Source of the DNA: Candidatus Izemoplasmatales bacterium
GTDB lineage: Bacteria; Bacillota_I; Bacilli_A; Izemoplasmatales; Hujiaoplasmataceae
Assembly (NCBI GenBank): GCA_050177605.1
Contig: JBFXGX010000006.1
Span: 1-51,587, forward strand
DNA length: 51,587 nucleotides
Direction of reading: 5' to 3'
Positions 28,394 through 37,839 of this stretch are shown piece by piece. Made by a program: the position numbers and the translations under genes. The notes beneath the pieces are model-generated. The model saw only the letters and a program-made list of their open reading frames with translations. It searched no databases and was not told where the DNA came from. Numbering within the stretch: the stretch's first letter is position 1; each line of letters begins with the position of its first letter.

Positions 28394-30505
28394 TTGAAGA
28401 AAGTTTTGAGTATTTTTGTGGCAATCCTATCTGTCTTTATGCTCGTTTCTTGTAAAGAGGATAAAACAACAACGTTAAGTCCTGATTTTGTGATTGATAT
28501 ACCATCCAATTTACAAATCGATGGCAGTATTTTGTCTTGGAGTCCTGTTGATCAAGCAACCGGATATTATGTATATGTTAATCATGAGCTAAGTACCAGA
28601 GTTACGACAACAACCTATGATTTTTCATCGCTCACTGAAGATGTACTTATCTTTCAAGTACAAGCAGATGCGCCACTTGGATTTGCAGATTCAATTCTAT
28701 CGTTATCGATTGCTTATATGAAAAATGCGGATACTGAAAAGACAATTCTTACGAATATGCTAGATAATATGAATATACCTGATGGGTTTGTGGACGCATT
28801 AATCTATAAAGGAATGACTTCAGACAATATGGCTACATTATTATCAGGCATTCTTTCCTTAGAATCAATTCTAAATGGAGGGACTAGTTCACTACTAGAT
28901 ATCAGTGATGAACTACAAAGTTATATTGCGTTGGATATTAACTACGAAGCAATGCTTTATGCTTTGATTACAGTCATGCCTGCAATGCTACAAGAAGAGA
29001 TTGATTTCTATAATGCAAGATTATTAGAAATGGAAGGATGTGATCTCTATGGAAGTAGTACAGATTGTGAGGATCAGATTGCAAACATGACAGTTTATAT
29101 CAATGGACTTAGTGAAACTGTGAGCATCATTGAACAAAATCCTGATGCTATTTTATATAGTTTACTAGACTCTTTATCTTATTTGTTTTCCATCGCAGGT
29201 ATTCTTGACCCAGCGCTTGTGACACAAATACAAATGATGGTTGATAATGGAAGTAGCGCAACGCTCAACACGAATGAGCTTCTGATTGTGAAAGGCGAAA
29301 TTGTAAATACGCTTCTAGAAAACATTCCAAGCAATGAAGATTTAGCACTATTAATTCAAGTATTCGGAGCTTTCTTTAGCGCCTATGGCATGCCACTTCC
29401 TAGTTACGAGATTGCCTTAGAGGATGCCAATCAAATCACGGTATTTATAGAAACATTTGCTGGTATTCTAGATTCTATTGATGAAGAATTTATTACCGAT
29501 ATTTCAAACATTGTAGAAACCTATCCGGATTCATATTCGCCAGAAGTCATCATCTACTTGATTGAACATTTCCATGATTATTTCCAAGATCACCAAGGAA
29601 TCGTGATGGAATGGAATACATTCTTTAGTGACGCAAAAAAAGAAGAGATTTTTGCAAGTATTATCTCAATCGTTTCTGCTAATCTAAATTTCAATCTAAA
29701 TATCTCTTATGAAATGATGGATGTTCTTATTCAAAGTTTGTCTGACCAAAGTGATCATATTTATGAATGGTTTACATCGACAAACGGTGAAATCATTCGT
29801 CTTTATTATCAGTTAGATCTCCTTTCAAATGATGGAAGTGAGTATGAACAACAAATCGTCAATGCACGAATCAATTATGAGTGGTTATTACTTGCTAACC
29901 AACTATTGCCTACAATAGATGAAACAATTACATCGATGATAAAAGTTGCTTTTGCATCGATTCCAAAGGATAAGCTTAGTCAAGATATAACCGATGAATC
30001 CTATCAAATTCTCCTAAATGAAATCAATGCTATTATCGATGATAATATTCCTTTATTCATTGACTTTATTAGCGAGAACGTCCAAGAAACAATTGATAAA
30101 GAATTCTATAACTTATATTTAGGAGAACTGGAGCAGTTCAATCAGTATGTCATAGCGACTTATGGAGAATACTATCAAATGAATCAATCCTATTATGAAG
30201 ATCCAGCTGTTATCTATTTCAATACTTATATCCTAGAAAAATGGATGGCTTTAGTGATTTCGAGTGACGATCAAAGTTTTCTCTTAGAGGATTATCTAAA
30301 TAATCTCGTTCTTGCTTTATCTACATCGAGTCTTGAAGAAAGCACTGGAATATCTGGAGAAGATTTAGCATATATTGCCCAAATGATGATGCTTCCACTG
30401 CAGGTACGAATGAATGCAGCGACAGAAATTAGCAGCTTTGATCTCTATCACTTAACAGAAGAACAAATCGCTTTATTTGAGTCATTAGGTTCCTATTTGA
30501 ACTAA
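28394..30505 (+). CDS. Large acidic lipoprotein with an N-terminal FN3-like domain
   Basis: TTG start after aggggg; lipobox LVSC; PSNLQI...LSWSPVDQATGYYVYVN. Confidence 0.75.
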   Translation: MKKVLSIFVAILSVFMLVSCKEDKTTTLSPDFVIDIPSNLQIDGSILSWSPVDQATGYYVYVNHELSTRVTTTTYDFSSLTEDVLIFQVQADAPLGFADSILSLSIAYMKNADTEKTILTNMLDNMNIPDGFVDALIYKGMTSDNMATLLSGILSLESILNGGTSSLLDISDELQSYIALDINYEAMLYALITVMPAMLQEEIDFYNARLLEMEGCDLYGSSTDCEDQIANMTVYINGLSETVSIIEQNPDAILYSLLDSLSYLFSIAGILDPALVTQIQMMVDNGSSATLNTNELLIVKGEIVNTLLENIPSNEDLALLIQVFGAFFSAYGMPLPSYEIALEDANQITVFIETFAGILDSIDEEFITDISNIVETYPDSYSPEVIIYLIEHFHDYFQDHQGIVMEWNTFFSDAKKEEIFASIISIVSANLNFNLNISYEMMDVLIQSLSDQSDHIYEWFTSTNGEIIRLYYQLDLLSNDGSEYEQQIVNARINYEWLLLANQLLPTIDETITSMIKVAFASIPKDKLSQDITDESYQILLNEINAIIDDNIPLFIDFISENVQETIDKEFYNLYLGELEQFNQYVIATYGEYYQMNQSYYEDPAVIYFNTYILEKWMALVISSDDQSFLLEDYLNNLVLALSTSSLEESTGISGEDLAYIAQMMMLPLQVRMNAATEISSFDLYHLTEEQIALFESLGSYLN

Positions 30506-30529
30506 TATGGTATTGCCTATATTCGCATC

Positions 30530-30558
30530 TTGACATACTGTTTTGAGAGGAGTATTAT
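30530..30558 (+). promoter_or_regulatory. Near-consensus sigma-A promoter with no downstream CDS
   Basis: TTGACA-17 nt-TATTAT. Confidence 0.75.
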
Positions 30559-30564
30559 TAAGTA

Positions 30565-30763
30565 TAGGTTAGAGCCTATCTATTTTGGCATCCAGGAGCA
30601 TACCCTTTCTAGACTAGAAGAAGATGCATCAATCCTTTATGATTTGTTCGAAAATGGTCAAGGGGATTTTCTTTCTCTCACCAAGAAGAAAACCATGTCT
30701 ACCCTTTTGACTTAGGGCGCTCCTTTCATAAAAAAAGAAAAGACCACGTCTGTGGTCTTTTTT
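30565..30763 (+). ncRNA. Candidate structured non-coding RNA (rod-like, possibly 6S-like; family not recognised)
   Basis: Bounded by a promoter and a terminator. Nested pairings are ggagc/gctcc, ccct/aggg, tagac/gtcta, aatccttt/aggggatt and tgatt/ggtca. Confidence 0.55.
30738..30763. terminator. Bidirectional terminator
   Basis: aaaagaccac-gtct-gtggtctttttt, with an upstream A-tract. Confidence 0.85.
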
Positions 30764-31634
30764 ATACGTCTACGCCAAGGAATTGTTTTACTAAAATACC
30801 AATACCGAATGAGATAAGCGCTACTGACAAAGAGATGATGGCCATTTGAAGGAATCTTTTCTTAAATTCCAAATCTTTAGCAACAGAAATATAGTAGTTA
30901 AATAAGAAGATAATTAAAACTACCGAGAATAACATCACGCCAAGCGCAACAAATTGATTTCCTAAAAGTAGATATGGAAGAATTAAGATGGCTACAGTGA
31001 TGATATAGGCAATTCCTGTATAGATGGAGCTCTTAAAGGCTTTTGGATCATTATCAGCTTTTGAACTTAAGTATTCGCTAGCTGCCATGGATAAAGCCGC
31101 TGCGATTCCTGTAATGAGTCCTGATAAACTGATAAGTTTCGTATTCGCAAACGCGAAAGTTAAACCTGCAAGAGTTCCGGAGAGTTCAACTAAAGCATCA
31201 TTGAGTCCTAGTACCATGGATCCCACATAAGATAGTCTTTCCTCATCAAGCATACCAATAAGCTTTTGCTCATGTGCATCTTCTTCAAGAGCAATTTGGG
31301 AAGCTTGAGGATAGTATTCACTGATTTCTTTGTATACATCCGAGGCTTGATCTTCACCACGCTCCATTATTTTTAGAGCAAAAGTATAACCTAGTAAAAA
31401 TGATAATATCGAGAAATAGAATATCTTGAGTTTATTTGGCTTGACTTTTGTTTTTAAAACATCAGCCCACATATTATAGTGTCTTAATTCATCTTTTGAG
31501 ATTTGTTCGAGAATTTTCTTGTTATCCTCGTTTTTTGTTCTTTTTGCGATGATATGATACACGTAATGCTCTGTAATTTCACCTTTTTGTAATTTAGCTA
31601 TTTTCTTTTTTATATCGAGTGGCATTTCCTTCAT
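30762..31634 (-). CDS. Ferritin/rubrerythrin-like plus VIT1/CCC1 fusion (MbfA-like metal exporter)
   Basis: ExxH motifs DELRH and EEDAH; VIT1 motifs VLGLNDALVE and SMAASEYLS; RBS ggagg. Confidence 0.88.
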   Translation of the reverse strand: MKEMPLDIKKKIAKLQKGEITEHYVYHIIAKRTKNEDNKKILEQISKDELRHYNMWADVLKTKVKPNKLKIFYFSILSFLLGYTFALKIMERGEDQASDVYKEISEYYPQASQIALEEDAHEQKLIGMLDEERLSYVGSMVLGLNDALVELSGTLAGLTFAFANTKLISLSGLITGIAAALSMAASEYLSSKADNDPKAFKSSIYTGIAYIITVAILILPYLLLGNQFVALGVMLFSVVLIIFLFNYYISVAKDLEFKKRFLQMAIISLSVALISFGIGILVKQFLGVDV

Positions 31635-31868
31635 GGTTATTCCTCCATTTTCTTTCCATCCTATTATATCATATTATCCAGATGATAATTAGTTATTGTC
31701 CGTAATATTTACTTTTCATGGTGTTTGAATTATTTATTCAATGAATTGGCCACAATTTTACAGAAAATTCATAAGTATTTAATGTTGGCGTTAAGAATTT
31801 TTGATTAAATTATGTTATAATTTTTCTAACACTGCATATGAAATGCATTTTAAGAAAGGATTTGCAAC

Positions 31869-33236
31869 ATGGAAAAATGGGATATTATTCTGTATTACTT
31901 ATTAATTGGCGTTTTGTTATTTGTTGGTAAAATTTTAAAAACGAAATTACCTTTTTTAAATCGAATTGTTCTTCCAACTGCACTTCTTGGTGGGTTGGTT
32001 GGGTTAATCATCGCTCAGGTCTATTCAGGAATTTTTTTAGAAGATGGACAGTATATTATCGATGTGACTCAAATGACAGCAATCGTGTATCATGCTTTAG
32101 CGATTGGGTTTATTGCATTAACTTTAAAACAAGGTGAAAATAAAAATAAGAAAAAAGTATGGTCCACTGGTATGGTGATTACCAGTACCTATGCCTTACA
32201 AGGATTTATCGGTATTTTATTAGTTCTTTTATTCTGGAGCGACAAATTTGTTGGTGCAGGAATGTTGCTTCCACTTGGCTTTGGTCAAGGACCAGGGCTA
32301 GCTACATCTTTTGGTAGTATGTGGAATGATATGTTAGGCGGAAATGGGATTGCGCTAGGAGCGTCTTATGCATTCCTTGGATTCGTTTTTGGTGGTACTG
32401 TAGGTGTGTTCGCAATTAATATTATGTCTAGACGTAATGGACAAGAAAAGCCAAGAAACTATGAAGATGTATCTGTTCAAAAAACAACAATTGAAATCGA
32501 TAGCGTCAAAGAAGTCAGTGTTCTTGATGGACTCACTGTTCAAGTCGTTATTATTTCAATTATCTATGGTTTAGTATGGTTAACTTTATTCCTATTAGAA
32601 AATGTCTTATTAAGTTTAGGATCCATCGGACAAACAATTTTTGGATTACTTGAGGGCTTCAACTTCATTATCGGTATTGCTTATGCTTTAATTTATAAGA
32701 TTATTCTTAAGAAACTTAAAGCAAAAGGAAAAGAAGTTCGCTTTATGAACAATGATTATATCTTATCAAATATAAGTTCATTAGCTTTCAATTATATGAT
32801 TGCGGGGGCCGTACTTACAATCACGATTGATTTCTTAAAAGAATATGGTGTTTTATTAGCTGTTATTTCGTTAGTAGGTGGAATCTCTACTCTATTCTTT
32901 GTAAGACATTTAACTCGTAAGGTATATTCACAGTTTAAAAACGAATATTTTGTTGGTTTATTCGGTATGTTAACAGGTGTTGCTTCTACGGGTATTGCAT
33001 TACTAAAAGGACTTGATCGCAATCTTGAAACACCAGTTGCAGAAGAGATGGTTCTTGGCAGTGGTACAGCAATTACAATGGCATTACCATTATTTGGATT
33101 CTTGATGTTACCGAGTCTAGGCTATGGACAAACTTATGAAAGCTTATTTGAGTATATTGCGTTATTTGGCTGTTTGCTTTATGTTATCGTTATCTATATC
33201 ATATTGCATGTGAGATCGCTAAAAAATCCAATGTAA
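31869..33236 (+). CDS. Sodium/glutamate symporter (GltS/ESS)-like transporter
   Basis: PTALLGG, GFGQGPG and FGMLTGVASTGIALL motifs; about 12 hydrophobic segments. Confidence 0.75.
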   Translation: MEKWDIILYYLLIGVLLFVGKILKTKLPFLNRIVLPTALLGGLVGLIIAQVYSGIFLEDGQYIIDVTQMTAIVYHALAIGFIALTLKQGENKNKKKVWSTGMVITSTYALQGFIGILLVLLFWSDKFVGAGMLLPLGFGQGPGLATSFGSMWNDMLGGNGIALGASYAFLGFVFGGTVGVFAINIMSRRNGQEKPRNYEDVSVQKTTIEIDSVKEVSVLDGLTVQVVIISIIYGLVWLTLFLLENVLLSLGSIGQTIFGLLEGFNFIIGIAYALIYKIILKKLKAKGKEVRFMNNDYILSNISSLAFNYMIAGAVLTITIDFLKEYGVLLAVISLVGGISTLFFVRHLTRKVYSQFKNEYFVGLFGMLTGVASTGIALLKGLDRNLETPVAEEMVLGSGTAITMALPLFGFLMLPSLGYGQTYESLFEYIALFGCLLYVIVIYIILHVRSLKNPM

Positions 33237-33254
33237 TGAAATGTAGATAGGGGA

Positions 33255-34040
33255 GTGGAGAAATTGAATTTCGAAAATATGGTTCTTGAATTACAAAGTC
33301 CAGAGGTGTTTGGCACAAAACATCTTGTTGGAACAGCGATTGTTTCAATTCTTATTGCAGTATTATTAATCTATTTATTAAAAATAAAAAAAGATACAAA
33401 TCATTATCGAGTACTAAAAATATCAGCGCTATTTTTAATTACCCTTGAACTAATCAAATACACTTACGCATTGATTACTTACGATTCTTTTCCATATCAT
33501 TTTATACCAATGCAACTTTGTAGCTTTTCACTTTATCTAATGCCTTTAGTTGCATTTACAAAAGATAAAGTATCGAAGTTCTTTATGCCGATTGCATATT
33601 CAATTGGTGTCCTAGCAGGATTAATTGTTTTAATCTATCCAGCAACAGTTCTTGGCGGAGATATTGACTGGGTACCATTATCTGACAATATTCTGCCGAT
33701 ACAAAGTTTCCTCTATCATGGTACGATGATTTTCTTCTCCTTATACCTTGTAATGTCAAAACTATATCGTCCAACATTTGCGGATTATGGAAAAGTATTT
33801 ATCGCTTTAATGGTCTTTGCGAGTTTAGCAGCTGTGACAAATTTGATATTTGATACAGATATGATGTTTTTAAATAGAGCAAGCGGATCACCATTCCAAT
33901 TCTTATTAGTGGATTATGGTCGACTTGTTTATGTGTTAGCAATGATTCTGTTAGCTGGGTTTTTACTTACGTTACCTGTATTGCCTTATATTACAACACT
34001 AAAAGAAGTTTTTGTTAAAAGACAATCCGTGAAAGATTAG
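33255..34040 (+). CDS. YwaF/TMEM164-like integral membrane protein
   Basis: FGTKH, PMQLCS, FLYHG and N...DMMFL motifs; GTG start. Confidence 0.75.
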   Translation: MEKLNFENMVLELQSPEVFGTKHLVGTAIVSILIAVLLIYLLKIKKDTNHYRVLKISALFLITLELIKYTYALITYDSFPYHFIPMQLCSFSLYLMPLVAFTKDKVSKFFMPIAYSIGVLAGLIVLIYPATVLGGDIDWVPLSDNILPIQSFLYHGTMIFFSLYLVMSKLYRPTFADYGKVFIALMVFASLAAVTNLIFDTDMMFLNRASGSPFQFLLVDYGRLVYVLAMILLAGFLLTLPVLPYITTLKEVFVKRQSVKD

Positions 34041-34062
34041 TTCATATGAGCTAATCTTTTTT
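34033..34062 (+). terminator. Intrinsic terminator
   Basis: aagattagttc-atat-gagctaatctt followed by tttt. Confidence 0.75.
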
Positions 34063-34111
34063 CATAAATCCATCACGAATAATAGTATAATAGTATTAAG
34101 GAGGTATCAGC

Positions 34112-35131
34112 ATGCAAAATCAAATTAAAGAAGCTTGTAGGTTGTTAGATTCAAAGGGATCATTACTTCAACCAGGGTTTGCGACTTATCCCTATTTTGA
34201 GTATCATAGAAAAGATATAAAAGCGAGTATTTGGAGAATTAAAGAGTGGGATTATTATGCAGTTCTTAATCAAGATTATGGGATTACTTGTACTGTTGCG
34301 GATTTAGGTTATAGTGCAATGTTAACTGTGGTGTTTTTAGATTTTAAAAAGCCATCGCTACAGATGAAGACGAAATTACTCTGGTTTACCTTTGGTAAGA
34401 TGAACATGCCTTCCTCAAGTTTAGAAGGGAATGTAAGGTATATTTCTAAAGACTATCAATTTGAGTTTATTCGTAAAGAATCTGGAAGAGAAATAAAATT
34501 GAAAGTCAATCAATTTTATCGCGGAGAGCCATTAGTTGCTCATTTAATTCTTGATGATTTAAAAGATGATTCGATGGTGATTGCGACTCCTTGGAAAGAA
34601 AATCCAAAAGCATTTTATTATAATCAAAAAATAAACTGTATGCCTTCAAGTGGTGTTGTGAAAATCGGTAGCGAAACCTATGAATTTAATAACAATTCTA
34701 GTTTCGCAGTGCTTGACTGGGGCAGAGGTGTTTGGACTTACAAAAACACTTGGTATTGGAGTAGTTTAAGTTCAGTCGTTGGTGACAAACGAGTAGGGTT
34801 TAATCTTGGATATGGATTTGGAGATACGTCTAAAGCTACAGAAAATATGGTGTTTGTCGATGGAAAAGCATATAAGCTAGATCAAGTAAGTTTCGAGTTT
34901 AATCATCAAAACCATATGGAGACTTGGCATATAACTGATAATGAGGGAAAACTAGATCTTGTGATGACTCCCATCATTGACCGAATGGATAATATCAATT
35001 TTGGAATTATTAAGAATTTTGGTCATCAAGTATTTGGATCGTTTTGTGGTACAATTAAATTAAGTTCAAAATTAGTATTGAATTTAAATAATGTGATTGG
35101 CTTTGCGGAAGAAATCACCAATCACTATTAA
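34112..35131 (+). CDS. DUF2804 family protein
   Basis: RIKEWDYY, FYYNQKINC, LDWGRGVW, GFNLGYGFGD and HQVFG motifs; RBS aaggaggt. Confidence 0.85.
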   Translation: MQNQIKEACRLLDSKGSLLQPGFATYPYFEYHRKDIKASIWRIKEWDYYAVLNQDYGITCTVADLGYSAMLTVVFLDFKKPSLQMKTKLLWFTFGKMNMPSSSLEGNVRYISKDYQFEFIRKESGREIKLKVNQFYRGEPLVAHLILDDLKDDSMVIATPWKENPKAFYYNQKINCMPSSGVVKIGSETYEFNNNSSFAVLDWGRGVWTYKNTWYWSSLSSVVGDKRVGFNLGYGFGDTSKATENMVFVDGKAYKLDQVSFEFNHQNHMETWHITDNEGKLDLVMTPIIDRMDNINFGIIKNFGHQVFGSFCGTIKLSSKLVLNLNNVIGFAEEITNHY

Positions 35132-35140
35132 GGAGAAAAA

Positions 35141-35449
35141 ATGACAGATAAAGAGATTTATAATTTTTTATTAGCCGATGAAGTAGTCGGCACACTTACC
35201 ATCGAAGATGATAACAAAGATGTGTTTGAATTAGATCCACTTGGAATCATCCCTTTACACGGTGTTGTTTACGCTGTACTAGATTTGCTTAAAATTAATC
35301 ACAAGGAAGTAAGTGATGAAGATTCTGGACTCGTTATTTTTGAACTTGATTATGATGAAGAGACAGATGAATACTTTGTTGAAACAGTAGAAGATGATGA
35401 TGTTTTTAACGAAGTATATAATGCGTTTGATGCCTTACCAATTGAATAG
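35141..35449 (+). CDS. Acidic DUF1292-like protein
   Basis: Very acidic 102 aa ending VEDDDVFNEVYNAF; RBS aaggag. Confidence 0.65.
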   Translation: MTDKEIYNFLLADEVVGTLTIEDDNKDVFELDPLGIIPLHGVVYAVLDLLKINHKEVSDEDSGLVIFELDYDEETDEYFVETVEDDDVFNEVYNAFDALPIE

Positions 35450-35539
35450 TTAAGAAGTGTGAAAGTACTTTCCATTTCTTAAGAAATGTGGTATGATTAT
35501 TATCAAAGATTTTTATCTTAAAGAAAAGAGGATATATCG

Positions 35540-35911
35540 ATGAATATTTATTATTGTAAGCATTGTAAAAGAATTAGTTTTACTTTTCCAAAAGAATCAA
35601 CACTTGTTTGTTGTGGAGATCCGATGACACTTCTTCAACCAAAAACAAAAGATGCTGGAAATGAAAAACATTTACCAGTCGTGACTAAATTAGAGAATAA
35701 TCAAATTTTAGTTGAAGTTGGTAGTATTCCTCATCCTATGGCAGAAGATCATTGGATTCAATGGGTTTTCGTAGAACAAGGAGACCAATATCAAATTAAA
35801 ACATTTAATCCAGGAGAAGAACCAAAAGCCACATTTACTGTGAAAGTTGATTTACCAGTAAAGGTATATGAATTCTGTAATCTTCATGGATTGTGGATGA
35901 CTGAACTATAA
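35540..35911 (+). CDS. dfx: Desulfoferrodoxin (2Fe superoxide reductase)
   Basis: CKHC...CCG centre I; EKHLP, HPMAEDH and CNLHGLW centre II. Confidence 0.92.
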   Translation: MNIYYCKHCKRISFTFPKESTLVCCGDPMTLLQPKTKDAGNEKHLPVVTKLENNQILVEVGSIPHPMAEDHWIQWVFVEQGDQYQIKTFNPGEEPKATFTVKVDLPVKVYEFCNLHGLWMTEL

Positions 35912-35924
35912 ATTACTAGAAACT

Positions 35925-35948
35925 AGCCGATGTCCTATCGGCTTTTCT
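35925..35948 (+). terminator. Intrinsic terminator after dfx
   Basis: agccgat-gtcct-atcggct followed by tttct. Confidence 0.65.
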
Positions 35949-35968
35949 CTATACAAGGGGGAACTGCT

Positions 35969-36808
35969 TTGGATCTATTAGAAGCGCTCAAATACATTAT
36001 TTTGGGTTTAATTCAGGGAATTACAGAAGTGCTACCGATTTCATCATCTGGCCATGTTGAAATTGTCAAGGCACTTGTATCGCTTCAACAAGATGAAGGG
36101 TTATTATTTTTAATCCTCGTGAACACAGGATCTTTTGTGACTTTATTCTTGATTTATTTCAAGAAATTATGGCATATAGCAATCGATTTTATTCTGTATA
36201 TATTCAAAAAAACAGATAAGGAAATCCATTTGGACGGTTTTAAGTTTTTCATTAAGCTTATTATCGCATCCATTCCAGCTGGAGTCATAGGTATCTTGTT
36301 TAATGATCAACTTGATCAATTAACAAAACAGTATTCTACTCTTCTTGCAGGAGTTGGTTTACTAATTACAGGGACTGTTCTTGTGTTGGCCGCTACAAGA
36401 AGAGTAAAACGGGGGAAAACACAGATCAATTACGCAGATGCAATTATTGTTGGGTTGGCTCAAGGAATCGCATTGTTACCAGGTGTATCAAGATCAGGAA
36501 TGACTGCGTCTACTTCAATTTATCGAGGAATGGGCGTTACGACAGCACTAGATTTTTCCTTTCTGCTATATATTCCAGCATCCTTAGGGTCTATTTTAGT
36601 GATGTTTCTTAAATCAGGAAGCGAAGGCTTTGGCATAGAAGATAATATTCATTTAGTTTATTATGGCTTAGCTTTTATTACTGCGATGATTGCAACCTAC
36701 TTTGCCTACAAATTGATATTTAATATTTTCCGTACTGGAAAAGTAAGATATTTTGGATTTTATTGTTTAGTCGCAGGATTTTTCTCAATTGGGTTATATA
36801 TCTTTTAA
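35969..36808 (+). CDS. uppP: Undecaprenyl-diphosphate phosphatase, copy 1
   Basis: QGITEVLPISSSGH and PGVSRSG motifs. TTG 35969 follows aggggg. Confidence 0.9.
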   Translation: MDLLEALKYIILGLIQGITEVLPISSSGHVEIVKALVSLQQDEGLLFLILVNTGSFVTLFLIYFKKLWHIAIDFILYIFKKTDKEIHLDGFKFFIKLIIASIPAGVIGILFNDQLDQLTKQYSTLLAGVGLLITGTVLVLAATRRVKRGKTQINYADAIIVGLAQGIALLPGVSRSGMTASTSIYRGMGVTTALDFSFLLYIPASLGSILVMFLKSGSEGFGIEDNIHLVYYGLAFITAMIATYFAYKLIFNIFRTGKVRYFGFYCLVAGFFSIGLYIF

Positions 36809-36884
36809 ATTGTAAGACATTATTAACCATTTGCGCTTCTTCTTGTGTTAAAATATAATCACAATAATGAAAGAGAGATTCGCA

Positions 36885-37754
36885 ATGGCAATTATTGAAT
36901 TACTAAAATACATTTTTCTTGGTATCGTCCAAGGGGTTACAGAAGTTCTCCCAATATCTTCATCAGGGCATGTGGCTTTATTTCAAGCTATTCTTAATAT
37001 CGAAACCGATCAAGGCATTTTATTTTTAATCTTGGTTAATTTCGGGTCTTTTATTGCAGTTACAATTCATTTTCGAAAACTGTTAAAAAGATTATTTAAG
37101 AGTTGGGTTGGATATACATTCCATAAAGATCGTTCAAAAGATATTTTGCGAGACGTAGATTACATTATCAAAATAGGTTTAGCAACCATACCTACTGTTG
37201 TGATGGGTTATTTTCTTGAAAGAACAGTCGATTCGTTATATCATCGGTATTTCTTGTTTGTTGTCGCAATTGGATTACTGGTTACATCAACCTTCTTGTA
37301 TGTTGTAAGATACGCACCAGAAGAGCACGTAAATCAAAACCTTTCCTTTAAGGACGCCTTCGTTATTGGGATGATTCAACCTTTAGCTATGATTCCTGGG
37401 CTATCAAGAAGTGGCATAACAACATCAACTGGACTCTTAAGAAAGTTGTCAATGGAGACCTCATTGACATTCTCTATGATGTTATATTTACCAATCTCAT
37501 TAGGAGTAATGATTTATCAATTTTATCCTTATATGCTTGAACCTTCGTCAACAATCGATATTGGTTTTGATACGTCAGATCCAAGTCAATATTTTTATTA
37601 TATCGGTGCATTCGTTGCAAGTTTTATTGCGACGAGATTGTCACTTAAATACATTTTCAAATGGTTTAGACAAGGAAAATTGACCGTCTTTGCAGTATAT
37701 ACATTGATCCTTGGTATGATTGCTTTGTTCTTAGCCGTTATTAAAGCTAACTAA
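36885..37754 (+). CDS. uppP: Undecaprenyl-diphosphate phosphatase, copy 2
   Basis: QGVTEVLPISSSGH and PGLSRSG motifs; start is 36885 or 36867. Confidence 0.9.
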   Translation: MAIIELLKYIFLGIVQGVTEVLPISSSGHVALFQAILNIETDQGILFLILVNFGSFIAVTIHFRKLLKRLFKSWVGYTFHKDRSKDILRDVDYIIKIGLATIPTVVMGYFLERTVDSLYHRYFLFVVAIGLLVTSTFLYVVRYAPEEHVNQNLSFKDAFVIGMIQPLAMIPGLSRSGITTSTGLLRKLSMETSLTFSMMLYLPISLGVMIYQFYPYMLEPSSTIDIGFDTSDPSQYFYYIGAFVASFIATRLSLKYIFKWFRQGKLTVFAVYTLILGMIALFLAVIKAN

Positions 37755-37839
37755 AGTTCATGTTTTATTGTAATTTATTAAAAACAGTGTAAAATAGATA
37801 GTGCAACTTAATTATTATTTAGGATAGGGGAATCAAACT

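Noticed and set aside
30530..30715. 61-aa plus-strand ORF in the track
   Set aside because: Its TTG start is the TTGACA -35 box, it has no RBS, and it begins upstream of the predicted TSS. The region is better explained as a promoter plus structured RNA.
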